Source: an uncultured Actinomycetes bacterium (GTDB taxonomy: Bacteria > Actinomycetota > UBA4738 > HRBIN12). From it: a stretch of 64,000 nt of DNA. The notes below the pieces were generated by a model. It worked only from the letters and a program-made list of their open reading frames with translations. It ran no database searches and had not been told where the DNA came from. Shown piece after piece: positions 27,755 through 41,939 of this stretch (positions within the stretch are counted from its first letter, which is position 1; every line of letters begins with the position of its first letter). Location: assembly GCA_963850315.1 (NCBI GenBank), contig CAWKKN010000001.1, forward strand, positions 219,931-283,930, in the 5' to 3' direction. A program made the position numbers and the translations under genes.

Positions 27755-28814
27755 GTCGATCGCCGGACGCCGGGTTCGCGATGCAGTGCCCGGTCCCGCT
27801 GCCGCCCGGCGACCAGATCCTTCTTGGGCACGGATCCGGCGGAAGGCTCACGCATGAGCTGATCACGCAGCTCTTCGCGCCGGTGCTCGGAGACGCCGAG
27901 CTCGCGCGGCTCGGCGACGCCGCAGTGATCGAGCTCCCCGGCGGCGATCGGCTCGCGTTCACGACCGATGCGTTCGTCGTACAGCCTGCTTTCTTCCCGG
28001 GGTCGAACATCGGCGAACTGGCCGTGAACGGGACGGTGAACGATCTCGCGATGATGGGCGCCCGACCGATCGCCCTGTCGGCGGCCCTGATCCTGGAGGA
28101 GGGCCTCGAGATGGCTGCCCTCGGTACGGTGGTCGCGAGCATGGCCGACGCCTGTGGCGCGGCAGGGGTTCGGCTGGTGACCGGCGACACGAAGGTCGTC
28201 GAGCGCGGCGCGGCAGACGGCCTCTACGTGATCACGTCGGGCATCGGGGTCGTCCCCGCCGGCATCGAGGTCGGACCGGAGCGGGCGCGGCCCGGCGACC
28301 GGGTACTGGTCACGGGCCCCGTCGGATCGCACGGGGTGGCCGTGATGAGCCGCCGGGCCGGGATCGCGTTCGAGGCAGAACTGCGGTCCGACACCGCGCC
28401 GCTCACCGATCTGGCCGCGGCGATGATCGGTGCGGGCGACGTTCGAGCGCTCCGGGACGCCACGCGTGGCGGCGTCGCGTCGGTCCTCAACGAGCTCGCG
28501 GAGGCGAGCGCCGTCTCGATCACGGTCGAGGAGGGAACGTTCCCGATGCTGCCCCCGTCAAGGCTGCGTGCGAGATGCTCGGTCTCGACCCGCTCTACGT
28601 TGCGAACGAAGGGGTGGCCGTCGCCGTGGTCGCGCCCGAGGATGCCGATGCCGTGCTCGCCGCCGCCCGAGCGATACCCCTGGGCGCCGCTGCGGCGTTC
28701 GTGGGGCAGGTGGGCGAGGTCGGCGGAAGCTCGCCCGTGCGCCTTCGGACCGGACTCGGGGCCACCCGGCCGTTGATCCTGCTGGCCGGCGACCAGTTGC
28801 CGCGGATCTGCTAG
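27751..28814 (+). CDS. hypE: Hydrogenase expression/formation protein HypE; frame broken at C-run 28552-28556
   Basis: GTG 27751 (GTGA overlap). AIR-synthase-like body [20 protein letters not shown]. The C-terminal 79 codons in the next frame read [16 protein letters not shown]...LPRIC (HypE ends in PRIC). Confidence 0.9.
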
Positions 28815-28920
28815 CGCGAGCGGGGCCCCGCACGAGCCTTCAGGCGCCCGGCGGTTCGGCCCCGCTCAACAGGGACCTTCGGCCCCGACGCCGATCCGCC
28901 GGGGGGGAGACGATGCTTGC

Positions 28921-32579
<3,659 letters not shown>

Positions 32580-32583
<4 letters not shown>

Positions 32584-33623
32584 GCGTCGACCTTCGTACA
32601 CAGTATCTGGGCATCGATCTCGCGAACCCGATCGTCCCGAGCGCGTCGCCGATGGGTCAGAGGATCGAGACGCTCCGCGCCCTCGAGGCCGCCGGCGCCG
32701 CGGCGATCGTTCTGCCCTCGCTGTTCGAGGAGCAGATCGAACACGACGAGATCCAGCTGCACGAGGCGCTCGAGTACGGCACCGAGAGCTTCGCCGAGGC
32801 CCTCACGTATCTCCCGGAGCTGGAGGACTACAACACGGGTCCCGACGCGTACCTGCACCACCTGGAGGCCTGCAAGCACGAACTCTCGATCCCGGTGATC
32901 GGGAGCCTCAACGGGATCACGGTCGGCGGCTGGCTGGCGCACGCCAAGCGGATCCAGGAGGCCGGCGCGGACGCGCTCGAGCTGAACGTCTACTTCATCG
33001 CCGCAGACCCGGACGAGACGAGCGACCACGTCGAAGAGCGCTACGTCGAGCTGGTCGAGGCAGTGCGCGCCGAGATCACGATCCCGTTGGCGGTGAAGAT
33101 CGGGCCGTTCTTCTCCTCAGTGGGTCACATGGCGCACCGGCTGGTCGCGGCGGGCGCCGACGGGCTTGTGCTCTTCAACCGGTTCATGCAGCCCGACATC
33201 GACCTGGACACGCTGACGATCGACCCCACGCTCCACCTGTCGTCTCCCGACGAGCTGGCGCTGCCCCTTCGCTGGATCGGCGCGCTGCGCGACCACGTGC
33301 ACGCCTCGCTCGCGTGCACGACGGGGGTCCACGGCTCGGGCGACGTGTTGAAGGCGCTCCTGGTCGGCGCCGACGTCACGATGATGGCGAGCGCGCTGCT
33401 GCGCGAGGGGCCCGGGCACGTCGCCACGGTCCTGGCCGAGGTGGAGGCCTGGCTCGCCGAGCGCGACTACACGGGGGTCGAACAGATGAAGGGCTCGATG
33501 AGCCTGCGCAAGGTCCCCAACCCCGTGGCGTACGCGCGCGCGAACTACGCCAAGCTCGTGACCTCGTTCTCCAGCCCGTACGACTGGCGGGCCGCGGAGC
33601 ACGAGGGCGAGCTCCGCTCGTAG
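32580..33623 (+). CDS. Dihydroorotate dehydrogenase-like (PyrD-fold) flavoprotein
   Basis: ATG overlaps the nifJ stop (ATGA). TIM-barrel pattern: NPIVPSASP, IPVIGSLNG, PLAVKIGP, GADGLVLFNR, GVHSGSDVLKALLVGA. Confidence 0.8.
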
Positions 33624-33631
33624 CGGCCGCG

Positions 33632-34381
33632 CTAGGAGAGATCGAGGACGCGGAACTCCTCGGCGAGACCGACCCCCGCCCGAGCCCCGGCCGCCCGAGC
33701 CTCCTCCCGCATCCATTCGTCCCAGAGTCGGATACCTTCGGTGATCTGGCTCGCGTGCTCCGCGAGGGCGGCGATCTTCGTGTCGAAGTGATCGGTGACG
33801 TCCTCGACGTGATTCGGTTCGCTCGTCCAGCCGAGCCACACGTCGTGGACCTCCTGCGGGTCCAGTCCTTCGCCGAGGTGCTCGGCGAAGAAATGCGGAT
33901 TGCCGGAGCCGGGGAAGACGGCGTCGAGCGCGACGGCGCCGGCCGTCCGATGGTCGGAATGGTTGTACGCCGTCTTCGTGGCCGTCCCGGCGCCCGTCGG
34001 GATCTCGACGAACACCGCAGTGGGGTCACACGACAGGACCGTCTCGGCACGAACCTCGCGGATGCGGCGGATCACGGCCTCGCGCACGACGGCGGTGTTC
34101 TCGAGGTCGCCGTCGTGGATGCCGAGGATCCGCGCGCTTCCGAGTCCCAACACCCGGGCCGCCGCCTCGGTCTCCGCCATCCGGGTGCGGGCGAGCTCGC
34201 CGCGGTCGCGTGCGGGGTCGGCGGATCCGCGATCGCCGTTGGTGAGGACGAGGAGATGGACCTCGCGGGCGGTGGCCCATCTCGCGAGCGTGCCTCCCGC
34301 GGCGATCTCGGCGTCGTCGGGATGAGCGAACACCGCAAGGACGGGGCCGGTCCGCGCGATCGCAGGGTCTTCGTGTGTCAC
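33632..34381 (-). CDS. PIG-L/LmbE-family deacetylase
   Basis: VFAHPDDAEIAAGG, LTNGDRG, HSDH. Confidence 0.85.
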   Translation of the reverse strand: MTHEDPAIARTGPVLAVFAHPDDAEIAAGGTLARWATAREVHLLVLTNGDRGSADPARDRGELARTRMAETEAAARVLGLGSARILGIHDGDLENTAVVREAVIRRIREVRAETVLSCDPTAVFVEIPTGAGTATKTAYNHSDHRTAGAVALDAVFPGSGNPHFFAEHLGEGLDPQEVHDVWLGWTSEPNHVEDVTDHFDTKIAALAEHASQITEGIRLWDEWMREEARAAGARAGVGLAEEFRVLDLS

Positions 34382-34387
34382 CGCGGC

Positions 34388-35884
34388 CTACTTCGCGCCG
34401 GCGCGATCTTCGAGGAACCGCACCAGGGTCCGGACGGGGACCCCGGTGGCCCCCCGTGGCCCCAGGTCATGAGCGGCCGTCGCGAACGCGGGTCCCGCGA
34501 TGTCGAGATGTACCCACGGCGTCTCACCGACGAACTCCGCCAGGAACCAGGCGGCGGCGATGGCGCCACCGTAGCGATCACCCGTGTTCTTGATATCGGC
34601 GACGCTCGAGTCGATCAACTTGCGGTAGTCGGCGTAGAGCGGCATCTCCCACATCGGCTCTCCGACCGCTTCGCCCGCGGCAACCAGGTCGCGCACGAGC
34701 CGCCGGTCGTTACCGAACGCGCCCGTGATCCGCTCCCCGAGCGCCACCATGCACGCGCCGGTGAGGGTCGCGGTGTCCACGATCAGCTGCGGGCGCTGTT
34801 CGCTGAGGTAGGCGAGCGCGTCGGCGAGGATGAGGCGTCCTTCGGCATCGGTGTTGAGCACCTCCGACGTGGTCCCGCCGTAGTGGCGGATGACGTCGCC
34901 GGGCTTCTGCGCCGTGGCGCCGGGCATGTTCTCGCTGCACGGGATCGCCGTGATGACGTTGATCTTCGGCTTGAGCTGGGCGATCACCTTCATCGTGCCG
35001 ATGATGGACGCGGCACCGGCCATGTCCTCCTTCATGTTCTCCATGCCTCGGGCGTCCTTGATGGAGAGACCCCCCGAGTCGAACGCGATGCCTTTGCCGG
35101 TGAGCGCTACCGGCGTGGCCTTGCCCGCTCCCCGGTAGCTGAGCTCGATCATCCTCGGGGGGTTCGCGCTTCCCCTCCCGACGCCGAGGATCCCGTTGAA
35201 CCCACCCGCCGCCAGCTCCTCCTCGTCCCAGATGCGGCAGGTGAGGCCGACCTCGTCCGCCATCGCCTGCGCCGCCTCGGCGATGGCGGCCGGCGGAAGG
35301 TCCCCCGCCGGGGTGTTGACGAGGTCGCGGACCCAGGACACGGCGTCCACGACGATCGCGGCCCGCTTCAACGCCGCACGCATCGTCCGCGCGTCCCAGC
35401 GATCGGCACCCAGGACCGTCACGGCGTCCAGCCCACCCCCATCCGGCTTCGACCGGTACCGGTCGAACCGGTATGCGCCCAGCGCGAGCCCCTCCGCGAC
35501 GGCGGCGACGGCCTCCGCCGCGTGCCGGGCGGGCAGGGAGGTGGCCATCGTGGTGGCGACGCTGCCGAACCGGCGAGCGGTGCCGGCGACGCGCCCGACC
35601 GCGCGGCGGACCGCGTCGATGGTCAGCTCGCCCCGCGAGCCCATGCCGACCACCAGGACCGCGCCGGCCGCGGACGATGCGCTCGGGCCGGCGATGAGAA
35701 GATCCTCTCCGCGGGCGCCGTCGAGCCGTGCGGTGACGTAGGCATCCATGACGCCCAGCGCGCGCATCCCCGGGCCGGGTTCGGGGTCGGCCGCACCCTC
35801 AGCCACGCCCTTGAACACCGGGACGATCAGCAGGTCGGTCGCCACCTCGGAGGCCGGCTCGTTCGTGTACGAGAAGTTCGTCAC
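34388..35884 (-). CDS. pepA: Leucyl aminopeptidase (M17)
   Basis: NTDAEGRLILADAL, GKGIAFDSGGLSIK, MKEDMAGAA. GTG 35884 follows AAGGAG. Confidence 0.9.
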   Translation of the reverse strand: MTNFSYTNEPASEVATDLLIVPVFKGVAEGAADPEPGPGMRALGVMDAYVTARLDGARGEDLLIAGPSASSAAGAVLVVGMGSRGELTIDAVRRAVGRVAGTARRFGSVATTMATSLPARHAAEAVAAVAEGLALGAYRFDRYRSKPDGGGLDAVTVLGADRWDARTMRAALKRAAIVVDAVSWVRDLVNTPAGDLPPAAIAEAAQAMADEVGLTCRIWDEEELAAGGFNGILGVGRGSANPPRMIELSYRGAGKATPVALTGKGIAFDSGGLSIKDARGMENMKEDMAGAASIIGTMKVIAQLKPKINVITAIPCSENMPGATAQKPGDVIRHYGGTTSEVLNTDAEGRLILADALAYLSEQRPQLIVDTATLTGACMVALGERITGAFGNDRRLVRDLVAAGEAVGEPMWEMPLYADYRKLIDSSVADIKNTGDRYGGAIAAAWFLAEFVGETPWVHLDIAGPAFATAAHDLGPRGATGVPVRTLVRFLEDRAGAK

Positions 35885-36003
35885 TTCATCGCTCCTTGCT
35901 CGGATGTTCGACCGCGGCAGTCTAGCGATGCCCTCGAACGACCGGACGAGACCCGCCGGGAGGGACTGGCGGGGCGCCGCCGGCCCCCGCTACCCTCCAA
36001 CGC

Positions 36004-36333
36004 ATGAAACCGCGCGACATCCGCGACCTGGTGTGGTTCGCCGACGACACCGCACGCCACGAGACGCTGTTCGAGTCGGACCAGCTCTGGGCACAGGTGG
36101 TCTGCCTCCAGAACGCCCAGGCGCTCGGCCCGATGAGCGACCCCACGTCCGACGCCATGGCGACCGTGCTGACCGGAGAGGTCGCCGTTCAGGTGGGCAA
36201 GACCCGCGCGCGGATGGGTCAGTGGGAGAGCATCCTCGTTAGCCACGGCGACGAGCTGACCATCCGCAACGCGTCGGCGGAGCCCTCCGTCGTGCTCCTC
36301 ACGCTCGCGCCACCGCCGTCCCCTACCGTGTGA
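36004..36333 (+). CDS. Small cupin-fold protein lacking the usual His metal ligands
   Basis: 109 aa with a beta-rich pattern (ATVLTGEVAVQVG...SILVSHGDELTIRN). No HxH..E motif. Confidence 0.55.
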   Translation: MKPRDIRDLVWFADDTARHETLFESDQLWAQVVCLQNAQALGPMSDPTSDAMATVLTGEVAVQVGKTRARMGQWESILVSHGDELTIRNASAEPSVVLLTLAPPPSPTV

Positions 36334-36416
36334 CGGGGCCGGCAGACCCGATCGCCCGTTCCACCCTCATCGACCCACGATACGACCGGCCCGCGAGGCC
36401 GCTACGCTGCCAGCCC

Positions 36417-37682
36417 ATGGAGCGAGATGCGGGGATCGCCGCGACTGAGCGAGGCGCGGCGGTGGCCGCGACGATGGCGACGGCGGTCGGCCCCCTTCCC
36501 GCCCGCGGCCCGCGTCTGGAGGCGGTCGTCACGGAGACCGCGGGCATCGCATGGGACGGAACCGGCACCATCGTCTATGCGGGTACAGCGGACGGTCTGC
36601 CGTGGGCACCGACGATCGGCGTCCCCGATCGCGGCTGCCTGGTGCCCGGGTTCGTGGACTGCCACGTACACCTGCCGTTCATCGGGTGGCGCGCCGACGA
36701 GTTCGAGGCGCGGCTGCGTGGAGTGTCCTACGCCGAGCTCCATGGACGGGAGGGAGGCATCTTCCGTTCCAGCCGGCTACTCAACGGCGCCTCCGACGAC
36801 GAGGTGATGGACTTCTGCCGCCCGCTCCTTGCGGAGATGGTGGCCCACGGAACGACGGCGATGGAGATGAAGACCGGCTACGGGCTGGGCGTCGAGGAGG
36901 AACTGCGGGCCGCCCGCCTGGCTCGGCGTCTGGCTGCGGAGGTGGCCGCGCAGACATGCACGGTGACCCTGCTGGCCTGCCACGCGGTGCCCCGCGGCAT
37001 GAGGCGCGAGGATTGGGTGCGCATCGCGTGCGACGAGCTCGTCCCGACCGCCGCCTCCGAAGGCCTCGCCGACGCCGTCGACATCTACGTCGAGGACATC
37101 GCGTTCTCGATCGAAGATCTCGAGGCGGTGGCCACCGCCGCGTCAGCCGCCGGGTTGCCGCTCCGCGTGCACGCCGATCAACTCGGGGCGACGGGCGCGG
37201 CCGAAGCAGCCGTGCGGCTCGGCGCACGGAGCGCCGACCATCTGAACGCCTGTTCCGACTCCGGCGTCGAGGCGCTCGCGAACGCCCCAGCGACGGCGGC
37301 GGGGCTCTTGCCCGCATCGTCGTTCTTCCTGCGGGGACGCCGCCCCCCAGTGGAGGCCCTGCGCGAGCGTGGCGCCGCCATCGCCATCGCCACCGACTTC
37401 AACCCGGGAACGTCCCCCACGTGCTCGATGCCCGAGACGATCGCGATCGCCGCCACCCACTACGGCCTGCCTCCGCTCGACGCATTGACGGCGGCCACCG
37501 CGAACGCCGCCTGGGTGCTCGGCCTGCAGGACCGACTCGGCAGCCTGGAGCGCGGCAAGCGCGCCGACTTCCTCCTGTTGGAGGAACCGTCGTTCGCCCA
37601 GGTCCCCTATCGGCCCGGTCACGACCCCGTCATCGCCGCGTTCATCGGTGGCGAGCTTGCATGGGGCCGGGTCACCCGATAG
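36417..37682 (+). CDS. hutI: Imidazolonepropionase
   Basis: GFVDCHVHLPF, KTGYGL, RVHADQLG, IATDFNPGTSP. Start uncertain: GTG 36330 (GTGA overlap with the cupin stop), ATG 36417 or ATG 36474. Confidence 0.85.
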   Translation: MERDAGIAATERGAAVAATMATAVGPLPARGPRLEAVVTETAGIAWDGTGTIVYAGTADGLPWAPTIGVPDRGCLVPGFVDCHVHLPFIGWRADEFEARLRGVSYAELHGREGGIFRSSRLLNGASDDEVMDFCRPLLAEMVAHGTTAMEMKTGYGLGVEEELRAARLARRLAAEVAAQTCTVTLLACHAVPRGMRREDWVRIACDELVPTAASEGLADAVDIYVEDIAFSIEDLEAVATAASAAGLPLRVHADQLGATGAAEAAVRLGARSADHLNACSDSGVEALANAPATAAGLLPASSFFLRGRRPPVEALRERGAAIAIATDFNPGTSPTCSMPETIAIAATHYGLPPLDALTAATANAAWVLGLQDRLGSLERGKRADFLLLEEPSFAQVPYRPGHDPVIAAFIGGELAWGRVTR

Positions 37683-37739
37683 CGGCCCCGCAGGCCCGGG
37701 CTCGTCCCGCCTCGCGTGGGCCGAGCTGGCCCCCGGCCG

Positions 37740-39305
37740 TCAGTCGAGCACCCCGACGACGGACTCGGCGGCCTCGACGAGGGCGCCGCGCCGCACCAAG
37801 GCGATCGCATCGGCGATGTCGGGACCGAATTCCCGGTCGGCGTCGAAGAACGGAACGGAGGTCCGGATGGCGTCGTGTACGGCGCGAGTGGCCGCGGCAG
37901 GTTCCAGCGGGGCGCGGAGGTCGAGCGCCTGCGCGGCGGCGAGCGCCTCCAGCGCCAGCACGGTCTCCGCGTTCGTCGCGATCTCCCGTGCGTGACGAGC
38001 CGACGTCATCCCCATGCTGACGTGATCCTCCTGCCCCGCGCTCGAGGGGATCGAGTCCACCGACGCGGGGTGCGCCAGCCCCTTCGATTCGCTCACGAGC
38101 GAGGCCGCCGTGTACTGCACCAACATGAACCCGCTGTTGAGTCCGCTGCCGTGAACGAGGAACGGCGGCAGCCCGTTCGAGAGCTTCTCGTCGAGCAGCC
38201 GGTAGAGGCGGCGTTCGCTGATGGATGCGAGTGAGACGGTCGAGGCCGCGAGCCCGTCCATCGCCACCGCCACCGGCATCCCGTGGAAGTTGCCGCCGCT
38301 GCGCACCTCGTCGTCCTCCGGCAGGACGATCGGGTTGTCGGACACGCTGCCGGCCTCGATCGCGAGCACGCCGAGCGCGTAGGCGAGAACGTCGCGCGTC
38401 GCCCCGTGCACCTGGGGCGCGCACCGCAACGAATAGGCGTCCTGGACGAGGTGAGGGCTTTCCCGATGGGATTCGAGGATCGATGAGCCGGCGAGCAACC
38501 TTCGCAGGTTCGCCGCGCTCGCGGCCTGGCCCGGATGTGGGCGCAGCCGTTGGAGGCGTTCGTCGAACGGCGCGTCGGTGCCGAGAGCGGCTTCGATCGT
38601 CATCGCGGCGACGACATCGGCGGTGCGCGCGAGCCGCGCGATGCGGTCGGCGGCGAGGACGCCGATGGCGAGCATGCCCTGCGTCCCGTTGACGAGGGCC
38701 AGCCCTTCCTTCGCCTCGAGCCGCAACGACGCGAGTCCCGCGCGCGCCATCGCCGGCGCGGCGGCCTCCACCCCGCCCTCCGGCGACAGCACATCGCCGT
38801 GCCCGATCAGCGGCAGAGCGAGGTTCGCGAGGGGAGCGAGGTCCCCGGAAGCTCCGAGCGATCCCTGCTCGGGAACCGCGGGGATCACGTCCTGATTGAG
38901 CATCGCCACCATCAGATCGATCACATCGGGGCGCACGCCCGAATGACCGAGCGCGAGGACGTGGGCACGCAGCAGGAGCATGGCGCGTGCCTCCTCACGT
39001 GCGAGCGGCCTCCCGACGGCGGTCGCGTGGGACCGGACGATGCCGTGCTGCAGCTCAGCGGCCTGCGAAGGATCGATGCGCACGCCGGCGAGCGATCCGA
39101 ACCCGGTCGTGACGCCGTAGATCGTCGCGCCCGAGGACACGGCTCGCTCGATCACGGCACGGGCGGCGAGCACGCGGTCGCGCGCCGCCTGCGGGAAGGT
39201 CACCGGCGCGCCGTCGGCCACCGCGACGACGTCCTCCAGCGTGAGCGCCTCCCCCACCGCGACCGTCACGCCGGCAAGGCTATACGGGCCGGCCTCGCGC
39301 GACAC
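37740..39305 (-). CDS. hutH: Histidine ammonia-lyase
   Basis: GSLGASGDLAPLA contains the Ala-Ser-Gly triad that forms MIO. YGVTTGFG. 521 aa. Confidence 0.95.
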   Translation of the reverse strand: MSREAGPYSLAGVTVAVGEALTLEDVVAVADGAPVTFPQAARDRVLAARAVIERAVSSGATIYGVTTGFGSLAGVRIDPSQAAELQHGIVRSHATAVGRPLAREEARAMLLLRAHVLALGHSGVRPDVIDLMVAMLNQDVIPAVPEQGSLGASGDLAPLANLALPLIGHGDVLSPEGGVEAAAPAMARAGLASLRLEAKEGLALVNGTQGMLAIGVLAADRIARLARTADVVAAMTIEAALGTDAPFDERLQRLRPHPGQAASAANLRRLLAGSSILESHRESPHLVQDAYSLRCAPQVHGATRDVLAYALGVLAIEAGSVSDNPIVLPEDDEVRSGGNFHGMPVAVAMDGLAASTVSLASISERRLYRLLDEKLSNGLPPFLVHGSGLNSGFMLVQYTAASLVSESKGLAHPASVDSIPSSAGQEDHVSMGMTSARHAREIATNAETVLALEALAAAQALDLRAPLEPAAATRAVHDAIRTSVPFFDADREFGPDIADAIALVRRGALVEAAESVVGVLD

Positions 39306-39311
39306 GGGACT

Positions 39312-40094
39312 TCAGGGGATGTGATACGCAAGCAGGCGCAACGTGGAAGAGAACCCGGGGCGCTTCGAGGTTGCCTCCACGACGCCGACGCCGCGCGCCA
39401 CCCATTCCACGACGTGCGTGACCGATATCGTGTGCATCCCCAGCGAGCGGCTGCGCTTGTCCGTGGTCACCGTGATCTCCACCTTGAGTCCATGAAGAGC
39501 GCCGGCCGGGGTGCTGATGGAGCCCTCTCCGACGACCTGATAGTTGCTCCGCACGACCTGCGTTTCCGGATGGTCGACGCCCAGCACGGGGAAGTCGCCG
39601 TGCGAGGTGACCGTCTGCGTCCACGCGGCCCCCACGTACAGGTGCTTGGGGACCGTGACGCCGACCGACCGGAACCCGTGGAACACCACGACGCCGGGGG
39701 TCGGCGACCCGGAGGCCGTGACCGAGTAGGTCTGGACGTCGGCGAGACCTGTGCGCTCGCAGGTCCACACGTCACGCTGGCCTCCCTGGGGCGAGAGCAA
39801 CAATGTCGTGAACCCGGCGCCGCCGATGTCGATGATCGTTTGCCGGCCGCGCGCCGTCGCCGCGCCTTCGTGGAGTTGGTAGTCCCGCGTGGCACCATGG
39901 ACGACCGGGAAGTAGTCGTTCGCGCACGGCCCCGAGAGCACCGGGGTTGAGGACGGCGAGCCGGAACCCGCCGCGGAGGGGGTGACGGTGACGCTCGGCG
40001 GAGCCGCGATGGTGGCGGCGGGCGACGCGCTGCTCGAACAGGCGGAGCCCAGAGCAACGCACGTGACGCCCGTGACGACGACGCGACGACGCAC
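39312..40094 (-). CDS. Predicted lipoprotein of unknown function, embedded between hutU and hutH
   Basis: GTG 40094 lies 4 nt after the hutU stop, and its own stop lies 6 nt before the hutH start. Signal VRRRVVVTGVTCVALGSAC with a lipobox-like LGSAC, then a Ser/Pro linker and a beta-rich body. Confidence 0.6.
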   Translation of the reverse strand: MRRRVVVTGVTCVALGSACSSSASPAATIAAPPSVTVTPSAAGSGSPSSTPVLSGPCANDYFPVVHGATRDYQLHEGAATARGRQTIIDIGGAGFTTLLLSPQGGQRDVWTCERTGLADVQTYSVTASGSPTPGVVVFHGFRSVGVTVPKHLYVGAAWTQTVTSHGDFPVLGVDHPETQVVRSNYQVVGEGSISTPAGALHGLKVEITVTTDKRSRSLGMHTISVTHVVEWVARGVGVVEATSKRPGFSSTLRLLAYHIP

Positions 40095-40098
40095 CGGC

Positions 40099-41787
40099 TC
40101 AGCCCTCACGCATCGGGATGCGGACACCGCGCTCGTCGGCGACCTCGATGGCGCGCGGATAGCCGGCGTCGGCGTGACGTACAACGCCCATGCCTGGATC
40201 GGTGGTGAGGACGCGGCGCAGACGCTCAGCGGCATCGAACGTGCCGTCCGCCACGACGACCATGCCGGCATGGATCGAGTAGCCGATGCCCACGCCGCCG
40301 CCGTGATGCACGCTCACCCAGTGCGCGCCGGCGGCGGTGTTCACGAGCGCGTTGAGGATGGGCCAGTCCGCGATGGCGTCGGAGCCGTCGATCATCGATT
40401 CGGTCTCACGGAACGGGCTCGCGACGCTCCCGCTGTCCAGGTGGTCACGCCCGATCACGATCGGCGCAGAAACCTCGCCCCTCGCGACCAGCTCGTTGAA
40501 CCGCTCGCCTGCCTGGTCTCGCTCGCCGTAGCCGAGCCAGCAGATCCGCGCCGGCAGGCCCTGATAGGCGACACGCTCCTGCGCCATCGCGATCCACCGT
40601 TGCAGCCGTTCGTTCTCCGGGAAGAGCTCGGTGACGGCGCGATCGGTGGCGAGGATGTCGGCGGGATCGCCCGAGAGCGCCGCCCAGCGGAACGGGCCCC
40701 TGCCTTCGCAGAACAGCGGACGCACGAATGCCGGCACGAACCCCGGGTAGGCGTACGCACGGTCGTGCGCCAGGCCGCCGAGCTCGGCTCCCGCCCGCAG
40801 GTTGTTGCCGTAATCGAAGGTGATGGCGCCCCGCTCCTGCAGCGTCACCATCGCGTCGACGTGGGCCGCCATCGAGGCGTAGGACCGGAGCACGTAGTCG
40901 TCGGGGTCATCGGCCCGCAGCGCCGCGGCCTCCTCGAGCGAGCGGTGCGCGGGGACGTAGCCGCCCAGAGGATCGTGCGCCGAGGTCTGGTCGGTGACGA
41001 TGTCCGGCTGCCAGCCCCTCGCGACGAGCTCCGGCAGGACTTCCGCGCAGTTGCCGAGCAGTCCGATCGAAACGGCCTCGCTCGAGGTGCGCGCGTCGTC
41101 CGCCCAGGCGAGCGCCGTGTCGAGATCGTCGGTCTCCCGATCGAGGTAGCGGGTCTTGATGCGCCGCTCGATCCGCACAGGGTCGACGTCGATGCAGAGC
41201 GCGACGCCGTCGTTCATGGTAACGGCGAGCGGCTGCGCGCCGCCCATGCCGCCGAGGCCGCCGGTGAGCGTCACGGTCCCCTTCAAGGAGCCGCCGAAGT
41301 GCTGGTGGGCGCACTCGGCGAGCGTCTCGTAGGTGCCCTGAAGGATCCCCTGCGTCCCGATGTAGATCCAGGAACCGGCGGTCATCTGCCCGTACATCGT
41401 GAGGCCCTGGGCCTCCAGCGCCCGGAACGTATCCCAGTCCGCCCACTTCGGCACGAGCATCGAGTTCGAGATCAACACGCGTGGCGCGAACTCGTGCGTC
41501 CGAAACACCGCGACGGGCTTTCCCGACTGTACGAGCAGGGTTTCGTCGTCGGCGAGGGTGCGGAGTGTCCGCACGATCGCGTCGAACGCCTCCCACGAGC
41601 GTGCCGCCCGACCGGTCCCACCGTAGACCACGAGGTCCTGTGGCCGCTCGGCGACTTCAGGGTCGAGGTTGTTCATCAGCATCCGCATCGCGGCCTCCTG
41701 GGGCCACGATCTGCACGAACGGGTCGCACCGCGGGGCGCACGAACTTCACGGGCGCCACGAGGGACGCGGGTCTCATCTGGGCTCAT
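40099..41787 (-). CDS. hutU: Urocanate hydratase
   Basis: ATG 41787 follows [61 protein letters not shown]. The 271 upstream codons of the long ORF are Arg/Gly junk. Confidence 0.95.
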   Translation of the reverse strand: MSPDETRVPRGAREVRAPRGATRSCRSWPQEAAMRMLMNNLDPEVAERPQDLVVYGGTGRAARSWEAFDAIVRTLRTLADDETLLVQSGKPVAVFRTHEFAPRVLISNSMLVPKWADWDTFRALEAQGLTMYGQMTAGSWIYIGTQGILQGTYETLAECAHQHFGGSLKGTVTLTGGLGGMGGAQPLAVTMNDGVALCIDVDPVRIERRIKTRYLDRETDDLDTALAWADDARTSSEAVSIGLLGNCAEVLPELVARGWQPDIVTDQTSAHDPLGGYVPAHRSLEEAAALRADDPDDYVLRSYASMAAHVDAMVTLQERGAITFDYGNNLRAGAELGGLAHDRAYAYPGFVPAFVRPLFCEGRGPFRWAALSGDPADILATDRAVTELFPENERLQRWIAMAQERVAYQGLPARICWLGYGERDQAGERFNELVARGEVSAPIVIGRDHLDSGSVASPFRETESMIDGSDAIADWPILNALVNTAAGAHWVSVHHGGGVGIGYSIHAGMVVVADGTFDAAERLRRVLTTDPGMGVVRHADAGYPRAIEVADERGVRIPMREG

Positions 41788-41939
41788 CGGGGTCACCTCC
41801 CGCCGGAACAGGATGCTACCTGGGAGGGTGTGCCCATGGAGCCCGTCGACGCCTTCGGTGCTTGAGGCGAAGGGAGAGAGACGACCCCAAGACGGCCGCG
41901 AAACCGGGACAAGAAGACCCCAGCTGGACGCGGCCCGTC

